From: Balanoglossus misakiensis | Lineage: Eukaryota > Animalia > Hemichordata | Assembly (NCBI GenBank): GCA_040954595.2 | Contig: CM082598.2 | Coordinates: 7,455,097-7,519,096, forward strand | Length of the DNA: 64,000 bases | Reading direction: 5' to 3' | Shown here: piece by piece, positions 52,431 to 64,000 of the stretch | Position numbering within the stretch: position 1 is the first letter of the stretch | How the letters are laid out: each line of letters begins with the position of its first letter | Position numbers and translations under genes: made by a program | Notes under the pieces: model-generated | The model's input: only the letters and a program-made list of their open reading frames with translations | What the model was told of the DNA's origin: nothing | The model's database searches: none

Positions 52431-55400
52431 ATTTGCCCTAATGCAAAGAATTACATTCAATGTCACCATTGCATTAGCAATGTCAAATTACAGTGTGTTT
52501 GGCCACGTATTAACCCAGGGATTTACAATTAACTTGAAATCCCCATATGCATTAAATACCCATGTCAAAGCGAAATGTTTGCATCACTATCTACTGTGAT
52601 TCATCATCAAGCTTGCATCGCCATTTACCCTGATGCAAAGAATCAGATTCAATGTCACCGTTGCATTAGCAATGTCAAATTACAGTGCTTTTTGACACGT
52701 ATTAACCCAGGAATTGACTCTGACGCATCATCAAGCATGCTTCACAATTTGCCCTGATGCAAAGAATCAGTTTTGGTGTCACTATTGCATAAGCAATGTC
52801 AAACTACAGTGCTTTTGGACACGTATTAACCCAGGGATTTATAATCAACTTGAAATCCCCATATGCATGTTATACCTATGTCAAAGCGAAGTGTTTGCAT
52901 CACTCTCTACCGTGATGATCATCAAGCTTGCTTCGCCATTTACCCTGATACAAAGAATCAGATTTAGTGTCACCATTGCATTAGCAATGTCAAATTACAG
53001 TGCTTTTGGCTACGTATTAACCTGGAGATTTACAGACAACTTCAAATACCCATGCATATGCATTCAATACCTATGTCAAAATGCAGTGTTTGCATCATCA
53101 AGCATGCTTCACTATTTGCTCTGATGCAAAGAATCAGATTCAATTTCACCACCGCATTAGCAATTTTAAATTACAGTGCTTTTCGACACAGATTAACTGA
53201 GGGATTTATAATCAACTTGAAATCCCCATATCGTTTTATACCCATGTCAAAGCGAAGTGTTTTCATCACTCTCTACCATTATGCATAATCAAGCCTGCAT
53301 CGCCATTTACCCTGATGCAAAGAATCACATTCAATGTCACCATTGCATTAGCAATGTCAAATTACAGTGCTTCTGGACACGTATTAACCCAGGAATTTTC
53401 AGTCAACATTAAATACCCATGCAAATACATTAAATACCTATGTCAAAGTGCAGAGCTTGCATCACCATCTACTCTGATCTATCATAAAGCTTGCTTCGCC
53501 ATTTGCCCTAATGCAAAGAATTACATTCAATGTCACCATTGCATTAGCAATGTCAAATTACAGTGCGATTGGCCACGTATTAACCCAGGGATTTACAATT
53601 AACTTGAAATCCCCATATGCATTAAATACCCATGTCAAAGCGAAGTGTTTTCATCACTCTCTACCATTATGCATCATCAAGCCTGCATCGCCATTTACCC
53701 TGATGCAAAGAATCACATTCAATGTCACCATTGCATTAGCAATGTCAAATTAGAGTGCTTTTGGACACGTATTAACCCAGGAATTTTCAGTCAACATTAA
53801 ATACCAATGCAAATACATTAAATACCTATGTCAAAGTGCAGAGCTTGCATCACCATCTACTCTGATCTATCATTAAGCTTGCTTCGCCATTTGCCCTAAT
53901 GCAAAGAATTACATTCAATATCACCATTGCATTAGCAATGTCAAATTACAGTGCTTTTTAACACGTATTAACCCAGGGATTTACAATAAACTTGAAATCC
54001 CCATATGCATTAAATACCCATGTCAAAGCGAAGTGTTTGCATCACTATCTACCGTGATTCATCATCAAGCTTGCATCGTCATTTACCCTGATGCAAAGAA
54101 TCAGATTCAATGTCACCGTTGCATTAGCAATGTCAAATTGCAGTGCTTTTTGACACGTATTAACCCAGGAATTGACTCTGATGCATCATCAAGCATGCTT
54201 CACAATTTGCCCTGATGCAAAGAATCAGTTTTAGTGTCACTATTGCATAAGCAATGTCAAATTACAGTGCTTTTGGACACGTATTAACCCAGGGATTTAT
54301 AATCAACTTGAAATCCCCATATGCATGTTTTCCATATGTCAAAGCGAAGTGTTTGCATCACTCTCTACCGTGATAATCATCAAGCTTGCTTCGCCATTTA
54401 CCCTGATACAAAGAATCAGATTTAGTGTCACCATTGCATTAGCAATGTCAAATTACAGTGCTTTTGGCTACGTATTAACCTGGAGATTTACAGACAACTT
54501 CAAATACCCATGCATATGCATTAAATACCTATGTCAAAATGCAGTGTTTGCATCATCAAGCATGCTTCACTATTTGCTCTGATGCAAAGAATCAGATTCA
54601 ATGTCACCATCGCATTAGCAATTTTAAATTACAGTGCTTTTCGACACAGATTAACTGAGGGATTTATAATCAACTTGAAATCCTGATATGCATTTTATAC
54701 CCATGTCAAAGCGAAGTGTTTTCATCACTCTCTACCATTATGCATCATCAAGCCTGCATCGCCATTTACCCTGATGCAAAGAATCACATTCAATGTCACC
54801 ATTGCATTAGCAATGTCAAATTACAGTGCTTCTGGACACGTATTAACCCAGGAATTTTCAGTCAACATTAAATACCCATGCAAATACATTAAATACCTAT
54901 GTCAAAGTGCAGAGCTTGCATCACCATCTACTCTGATCTATCATTAAGCTTGCTTCGCCATTTGCCCTAATGCAAAGAATTACATTCAATGTCACCATTG
55001 CATTAGCAATGTCAAATTACAGTGCGTTTGGCCACGTATTAACCCAGGGATTTACAATTAACTTGAAATCCCCATATGCATTAAATACCCATGTCAAAGC
55101 GAACTGTTTGCATCACTATCTACCGTGATTCATCATCAAGCTTGCATCGCCATTTACCATGATGCAAAGAATCAGATTCAATGTCACCGTTGCATTAGCA
55201 ATGTCAAATTACAGTGCTTTTTGACACGTATTAACCCAGGAATTGACTCTGACGCATCATCAAGCATGCTTCACAATTTGCCCTGATGCAAAGAATCAGT
55301 TTTAGTGTAACTATTGCATAAGCAATGTCAAATTACAGTGCTTTTGGACACGTATTAACCCAGGGATTTATAATCAACTTGAAATCCCCATATGCATGTT

Positions 55401-58400
55401 ATACCTATGTCAAAGCGAAGTGTTTGCATCACTCTCTACCGTGATAATCATCAAGCTTGCTTCGCCATTTACCCTGATACAAAGAATCAGATTTAGTGTC
55501 ACCATTGCATTAGCAATGTCAAATTACAGTGCTTTTGGCTACGTATTAACCTGGAGATTTACAGACAACTTCAAATACCCATGCATATGCATTAAATACC
55601 TATGTCAAAATGCAGTGTTTGCATCATCAAGCATGCTTCACTATTTGCCCTGATGCAAAGAATCAGATTCAATGTCACCATCGCATTAGCAATTTTAAGT
55701 TACAGTGCTTTAAGACACAGATTAACTGAGGGATTTATAATCAACTTGAAATCCCCATATGCATTTTATACCCATGTCAAAGCGAAGTGTTTTCATCACT
55801 CTCTACCATTATGCATCATCAAGCCTGCATCGCCATTTACCCTGATGCAAAGAATCACATTCAATGTCACCATTGCATTAGCAATGTCAAATTACAGTGC
55901 TTTTGGACACGTATTAACCCAGGAATTTTCAGTCAACATTAAATACCCATGCAAATACATTAAATACCTATGTCAAAGTGCAGAGCTTGCATCACCATCT
56001 ACTCTGATCTATCATTAAGCTTGCTTCGCCATTTGCCCTAATGCAAAGAATTACATTCAATGTCACCATTGCATTAGCAATGTCAAATTACAGTGCGTTT
56101 GGCCACGTATTAACCCAGGGATTTACAATTAACTTGAAATCCCCATATGCATTAAATACCCATGTCAAAGCGAAGTGTTTGCATCACTATCTACCGTGAT
56201 TCATCATCAAGCTTGCATCGCCATTTACCCTGATGCAAAGAATCAGATTCAATGTCACCGTTGCATTAGCAATGTCAAATTACAGTGCTTTTTGACACGT
56301 ATTAACCCAGGAATTGACTCTGACGCATCATCAAGCATGCTTCACAATTTGCCCTGATGCAAAGAATCAGTTTTAGTGTAACTATTGCATAAGCAATGTC
56401 AAATTACAGTGCTTTTGGACACGTATTAACCCAGGGATTTATAATCAACTTGAAATCCTCATATGCATGTTATACCTATGTCAAAGCGAAGTGTTTGCAT
56501 CACTCTCTACCGTGATAATCATCAAGCTTGCTTCGCCATTTACCCTGATACAAAGAATCAGATTTAGTGTCACCATTGCATTAGCAATGTCAAATTACAG
56601 TGCTTTTGGCTACGTATTAACCTGGAGATTTACAGACAACTTCAAATACCCATGCATATGCATTAAATACCTATGTCAAAATGCAGTGTTTGCATCATCA
56701 AGCATGCTTCACTATTTGCCCTGATGCAAAGAATCAGATTCAATGTCACCATCGCATTAGCAATTTTAAGTTACAGTGCTTTAAGACACAGATTAACTGA
56801 GGGATTTATAATCAACTTGAAATCCCCATATGCATTTTATACCCATGTCAAAGCGAAGTGTTTTCATCACTCTCTACCATTATGCATCATCAAGCCTGCA
56901 TCGCCATTTACCCTGATGCAAAGAATCACATTCAATGTCACCATTGCATTAGCAATGTCAAATTACAGTGCTTTTGGACATGTATTAACCCAGGAATTTT
57001 CAGTCAACATTAAATACCCATGCAAATACATTAAATACCTATGTCAAAGTGCAGAGCTTGCATCACCATCTACTCTGATCTATCATTAAGCTTGCTTCGC
57101 CATTTGCCCTAATGCAAAGAATTACATTCAATGTCACCATTGCATTAGCAATGTCAAATTACAGTGCGTTTGGCCACGTATTAACCCAGGGATTTACAAT
57201 TAACTTGAAATCCCCATATGCATTAAATACCCATGTCAAAGCGAAGTGTTTTCATCACTCTCTACCATTATGCATCATCAAGCCTGCATCGCCATTTACC
57301 CTGATGCAAAGAATCACATTCAATGTCACCATTGCATTAGCAATGTCAAATTACAGTGCTTTTGGACACGTATTAACCCAGGAATTTTCAGTCAACATTA
57401 AATACCCATGCAAATATATTAAATACCTATGTCAAAGTGCAGAGCTTGCATCACCATCTACTCTGATCTATCATTAAGCTTGCTTCGCCATTTGCCCTAA
57501 TGCAAAGAATTACATTCAATGTCACCATTGCATTAGCAATGTCAAATTACAGTGCGTTTGGCCACGTATTAACCCAGGGATTTACAATTAACTTGAAATC
57601 CCCATATGCATTAAATACCCATGTCAAAGCGAAGTTTTTGCATCACTATCTACCGTGATTCATCATCAAGCTTGCATCGCCATTTACCCTGATGCAAAGA
57701 ATCAGATTCAATGTCACCGTTGCATTAGCAATGTCAAATTACAGTGCTTTTTGACACGTATTAACCCAGGAATTGACTCTGACGCATCATCAAGCATGCT
57801 TCACAATTTGCCCTGATTCAAAGAATCAGTTTTGGTGTCACTATTGCATAAGCAATGTCAAATTACAGTGCTTTTTAACACGTATTAACCCAGGGATTTA
57901 CAATAAACTTGAAATCCCCATATGCATTAAATACCCATGTCAAAGCGAAGTGTTTGCATCACTATCTACCGTGATTCATCATCAAGCTTGCATCGTCATT
58001 TACCCTGATGCAAAGAATCATATTCAATGTCACCGTTGCATTAGCAATGTCAAATTGCAGTGCTTTTTGACACGTATTAACCCAGGAATTGACTCTGATG
58101 CATCATCAAGCATGCTTCACAATTTGCCCTGATGCAAAGAATCAGTTTTAGTGTCACTATTGCATAAGCAATGTCAAATTACAGTGCTTTTGGACACGTA
58201 TTAACCCAGGGATTTATAATCAACTTGAAATCCCCATATGCATGTTTTCCATATGTCAAAGCGAAGTGTTTGCATCACTCTCTACCGTGATAATCATCAA
58301 GCTTGCTTCGCCATTTACCCTGATACAAAGAATCAGATTTAGTGTCACCATTGCATTAGCAATGTCAAATTACAGTGCTTTTGGCTACGTATTAACCTGG

Positions 58401-61400
58401 AGATTTACAGACAACTTCAAATACCCATGCATATGCATTAAATACCTATGTCAAAATGCAGTGTTTGCATCATCAAGCATGCTTCACTATTTGCTCTGAT
58501 GCAAAGAATCAGATTCAATGTCACCATCGCATTAGCAATTTTAAATTACAGTGCTTTTCGACACAGATTAACTGAGGGATTTATAATCAACTTGAAATCC
58601 TGATATGCATTTTATACCCATGTCAAAGCGAAGTGTTTTCATCACTCTCTACCATTATGCATCATCAAGCCTGCATCGCCATTTACCCTGATGCAAAGAA
58701 CCACATTCAATGTCACCATTGCATTAGCAATGTCAAATTACAGTGCTTCTGGACACGTATTAACCCAGGAATTTTCAGTCAACATTAAATACCCATGCAA
58801 ATACATTAAATACCTATGTCAAAGTGCAGAGCTTGCATCACCATCTACTCTGATCTATCATTAAGCTTGCTTCGCCATTTGCCCTAATGCAAAGAATTAC
58901 ATTCAATGTCACCATTGCATTAGCAATGTCAAATTACAGTGCGTTTGGCCACGTATTAACCCAGGGATTTACAATTAACTTGAAATCCCCATATGCATTA
59001 AATACCCATGTCAAAGCGAAGTGTTTGCATCACTATCTACCGTGATTCATCATCAAGCTTGCATCGCCATTTACCCTGATGCAAAGAATCAGATTCAATG
59101 TCACCGTTGCATTAGCAATGTCAAATTACAGTGCTTTTTGACACGTATTAACCCAGGAATTGACTCTGACGCATCATCAAGCATGCTTCACAATTTGCCC
59201 TGATGCAAAGAATCAGTTTTAGTGTAACTATTGCATAAGCAATGTCAAATTACAGTGCTTTTGGACACGTGTTAACCCAGGGATTTATAATCAACTTGAA
59301 ATCCCCATATGCATGTTATACCTATGTCAAAGCGAAGTGTTTGCATCACTCTCTACCGTGATAATCATCAAGCTTGCTTCGCCATTTACCCTGATACAAA
59401 GAATCAGATTTAGTGTCACCATTGCATTAGCAATGTCAAATTACAGTGCTTTTGGCTACGTATTAACCTGGAGATTTACAGACAACTTCAAATACCCATG
59501 CATATGCATTAAATACCTATGTCAAAATGCAGTGTTTGCATCATCAAGCATGCTTCACTATTTGCTCTGATGCAAAGAATCAGATTCAATGTCACCATCG
59601 CATTAGCAATTTTAAATTACAGTGCTTTTCGACACAGATTAACTGAGGGATTTATAATCAACTTGAAATCCTGATATGCATTTTATACCCATGTCAAAGC
59701 GAAGTGTTTTCATCACTCTCTACCATTATGCATCATCAAGCCTGCATCGCCATTTACCCTGATGCAAAGAATCACATTCAATGTCACCATTGCATTAGCA
59801 ATGTCAAATTACAGTGCTTCTGGACACGTATTAACCCAGGAATTTTCAGTCAATATTAAATACCCATGCAAATACATAAAATACCTATGTCAAAGTGCAG
59901 AGCTTGCATCACCATCTACTCTGATCTATCATTAAGCTTGCTTCGCCATTTGCCCTAATGCAAAGAATTACATTCAATGTCACCATTGCATTAGCAATGT
60001 CAAATTACAGTGCGTTTGGCCACGTATTAACCCAGGGATTTACAATTAACTTGAAATCCCCATATGCATTAAATACCCATGTCAAAGCGAAGTGTTTGCA
60101 TCACTATCTACCGTGATTCATCATCAAGCTTGCATCGCCATTTACCCTGATGCAAAGAATCAGATTCAATGTCACCGTTGCATTAGCAATGTCAAATTAC
60201 AGTGCTTTTTGACACGTATTAACCCAGGAATTGACTCTGACGCATCATCAAGCATGCTTCACAATTTGCCCTGATGCAAAGAATCAGTTTTAGTGTAACT
60301 ATTGCATAAGCAATGTCAAATTACAGTGCTTTTGGACACGTGTTAACCCAGGGATTTATAATCAACTTGAAATCCCCATATGCATGTTATACCTATGTCA
60401 AAGCGAAGTGTTTGCATCACTCTCTACCGTGATAATCATCAAGCTTGCTTCGCCATTTACCCTGATACAAAGAATCAGATTTAGTGTCACCATTGCATTA
60501 GCAATGTCAAATTACAGTGCTTTTGGCTACGTATTAACCTGGAGATTTACAGACAACTTCAAATACCCATGCATATGCATTAAATACCTATGTCAAAATG
60601 CAGTGTTTGCATCATCAAGCATGCTTCACTATTTGCTCTGATGCAAAGAATCAGATTCAATGTCACCATCGCATTAGCAATTTTAAATTACAGTGCTTTT
60701 CGACACAGATTAACTGAGGGATTTATAATCAACTTGAAATCCTGATATGCATTTTATACCCATGTCAAAGCGAAGTGTTTTCATCACTCTCTACCATTAT
60801 GCATCATCAAGCCTGCATCGCCATTTACCCTGATGCAAAGAATCACATTCAATGTCACCATTGCATTAGCAATGTCAAATTACAGTGCTTCTGGACACGT
60901 ATTAACCCAGGAATTTTCAGTCAATATTAAATACCCATGCAAATACATAAAATACCTATGTCAAAGTGCAGAGCTTGCATCACCATCTACTCTGATCTAT
61001 CATTAAGCTTGCTTCGCCATTTGCCCTAATGCAAAGAATTACATTCAATGTCACCATTGCATTAGCAATGTCAAATTACAGTGCGTTTGGCCACGTATTA
61101 ACCCAGGGATTTACAATTAACTTGAAATCCCCATATGCATTAAATACCCATGTCAAAGCGAAGTGTTTGCATCACTATCTACCGTGATTCATCATCAAGC
61201 TTGCATCGCCATTTACCCTGATGCAAAGAATCATATTCAATGTCACCGTTGCATTAGCAATGTCAAATTACAGTGCTTTTTGACACGTATTAACCCAGGA
61301 ATTGACTCTGACGCATCATCAAGCATGCTTCACAATTTGCCCTGATGCAAAGAATCAGTTTTAGTGTAACTATTGCATAAGCAATGTCAAATTACAGTGC

Positions 61401-64000
61401 TTTTGGACACGTATTAACCCAGGGATTTATAATCAACTTGAAATCCCCATATGCATGTTATACCTATGTCAAAGCGAAGTGTTTGCATCACTCTCTACCG
61501 TGATAATCATCAAGCTTGCTTCGCCATTTACCCTGATACAAAGAATCAGATTTAGTGTCACCATTGCATTAGCAATGTCAAATTACAGTGCTTTTGGCTA
61601 CGTATTAACCTGGAGATTTACAGACAACTTCAAATACCCATGCATATGCATTAAATACCTATGTCAAAGTGCAGACCTTGCATCACATTCTACTCTGATG
61701 CATCATGAAGCTTGCTTCGCCATTTGCCGTAATGCAAAGAATCACATTCAATGTCACCCTTGCATTAGCAATTTTAAATTACAGTGCTTTTCGACACAGA
61801 TTAACTGAGGGATTTATAATCAACTTGAAATCCTGATATGCATTTTATACCCATGTCAAAGCGAAGTGTTTTCATCACTCTCTACCATTATGCATCATCA
61901 AGCCTGCATCGCCATTTACCCTGATGCAAAGAATCACATTCAATGTCACCATTGCATTAGCAATGTCAAATTACAGTGCTTCTGGACACGTATTAACCCA
62001 GGAATTTTCAGTCAATATTAAATACCCATGCAAATACATACAATACCTATGTCAAAGTGCAGAGCTTGCATCACCATCTTCTCTGATCTATCATTAAGCT
62101 TGCTTCGCCATTTGCCCTAATGCAAAGAATTACATTCAATGTCACCATTGCATTAGCAATGTCAAATTACAGTGCGTTTGGCCACGTATTAACCCAGGGA
62201 TTTACAATTAACTTGAAATCCCCATATGCATTAAATACCCATGTCAAAGCGAAGTGTTTGCATCACTATCTACCGTGATTCATCATCAAGCTTGCATCGC
62301 CATTTACCCTGATGCAAAGAATCATATTCAATGTCACCGTTGCATTAGCAATGTCAAATTACAGTGCTTTTTGACACGTATTAACCCAGGAATTGACTCT
62401 GACGCATCATCAAGCATGCTTCACAATTTGCCCTGATGCAAAGAATCAGTTTTAGTGTAACTATTGCATAAGCAATGTCAAATTACAGTGCTTTTGGACA
62501 CGTATTAACCCAGGGATTTATAATCAACTTGAAATCCCCATATGCATGTTATACCTATGTCAAAGCGAAGTGTTTGCATCACTCTCTACCGTGATAATCA
62601 TCAAGCTTGCTTCGCCATTTACCCTGATACAAAGAATCAGATTTAGTGTCACCATTGCATTAGCAATGTCAAATTACAGTGCTTTTGGCTACGTATTAAC
62701 CTGGAGATTTACAGACAACTTCAAATACCCATGCATATGCATTAAATACCTATGTCAAAATGCAGTGTTTGCATCATCAAGCATGCTTCACTATTTGCCC
62801 TGATGCAAAGAATCAGATTCAATGTCACCATCGCATTAGCAATTTTAAGTTACAGTGCTTTAAGACACAGATTAACTGAGGGATTTATAATCAACTTGAA
62901 ATCCCCATATGCATTTTATACCCATGTCAAAGCGAAGTGTTTTCATCACTCTCTACCATTATGCATCATCAAGCCTGCATCGCCATTTACCCTGATGCAA
63001 AGAATCACATTCAATGTCACCATTGCATTAGCAATGTCAAATTACAGTGCTTTTGGACACGTATTAACCCAGGAATTTTCAGTCAACATTAAATACCCAT
63101 GCAAATACATTAAATACCTATGTCAAAGTGCAGAGCTTGCATCACCATCTACTCTGATCTATCATTAAGCTTGCTTCGCCATTTGCCCTAATGCAAAGAA
63201 TTACATTCAATGTCACCATTGCATTAGCAATGTCAAATTACAGTGCGTTTGGCCACGTATTAACCCAGGGATTTACAATTAACTTGAAATCCCCATATGC
63301 ATTAAATACCCATGTCAAAGCGAAGTGTTTTCATCACTCTCTACCATTATGCATCATCAAGCCTGCATCGCCATTTACCCTGATGCAAAGAATCACATTC
63401 AATGTCACCATTGCATTAGCAATGTCAAATTACAGTGCTTTTGGACACGTATTAACCCAGGAATTTTCAGTCAACATTAAATACCCATGCAAATACATTA
63501 AATACCTATGTCAAAGTGCGGAGCTTGCATCACCATCTACTCTGATCTATCATTAAGCGTGCTTCGCCATTTGCCCTAATGCAAAGAATCACATTCAATG
63601 TCACCATTGCATTAGCAATGTCAAATTACAGTGCGTTTGGCCACGTATTAACCCAGGGATTTACAATTAACTTGAAATCCCCATATGCATTAAATACCCA
63701 TGTCAAAGCGAAGTTTTTGCATCACTATCTACCGTGATTCATCATCAAGCTTGCATCGCCATTTACCCTGATGCAAAGAATCAGATTCAATGTCACCGTT
63801 GCATTAGCAATGTCAAATTACAGTGCTTTTTGACACGTATTAACCCAGTAATTGACTCTGACGCATTATCAAGCATGCTTCACAATTTGCCCTGATTCAA
63901 AGAATCAGTTTTGGTGTCACTATTGCATAAGCAATGTCAAATTACAGTGCTTTTGGACACGTATTAACCCAGGGATTTATAATCAACTTGAAATCCCCAT
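52431..64000 (+). repeat. Satellite array SatB, ~192-bp monomer organised as a 1071-bp 6-mer HOR (continues off the right edge)
   Basis: Monomer starts (ATTTRCYCTRAT) at 52431, 52623, 52747, 52938, 53114, 53305 and 53501, giving lengths 192, 124, 191, 176, 191/192 and 196. Pseudo-ORFs repeat at exactly 1071 bp (54325/55396/56467; 58242/59313/60384/61455). Confidence 0.97.

Noticed and set aside
52575-63556. Repeated 60-138-aa ORFs, some Cys/His-rich
   Set aside because: They are translations of SatB monomers recurring with the 1071-bp period in several frames, with no consistent zinc-finger spacing.
1-64000. CRISPR-like array next to a reverse transcriptase, or a retron/DGR-type system
   Set aside because: The repeats are contiguous with no unique spacers and there are no cas genes. 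The RT is followed by RNase H and YR, typical of eukaryotic DIRS-order elements.

Overview
Eukaryotic heterochromatin-type window, probably from an invertebrate (inference only), with no host genes. In order: (1) 1-47323, an AT-rich satellite array (SatA; 79-bp core monomer plus ~87-92-bp insertion variants) with two sequence subdomains switching at ~24-25 kb and local higher-order repeats of ~470 bp, ~692 bp and ~2.84-2.86 kb; (2) 47324-50976, a 5'-truncated, decayed tyrosine-recombinase retrotransposon of the DIRS order (Ngaro-like: RT, RNase H, YR, 3' B1-A2-B2 split direct repeats); (3) 50977-~51997, ~1 kb of more diverged SatA in the opposite orientation, so the element sits exactly on a strand switch of the array; (4) a ~430-bp non-repetitive spacer; (5) 52431-64000, an unrelated satellite (SatB; ~192-bp monomer arranged as a 1071-bp 6-mer HOR). 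All short ORFs in the satellites are translation artefacts. The most notable points are the near-identical monomer phase of both element junctions with a shared palindromic AATT core, a 15-bp internal complementary arm able to pair with either B repeat, a PAM2-like motif upstream of the RT, and a candidate splice acceptor in front of the YR. All analysis was by eye; family assignment and novelty need database confirmation.
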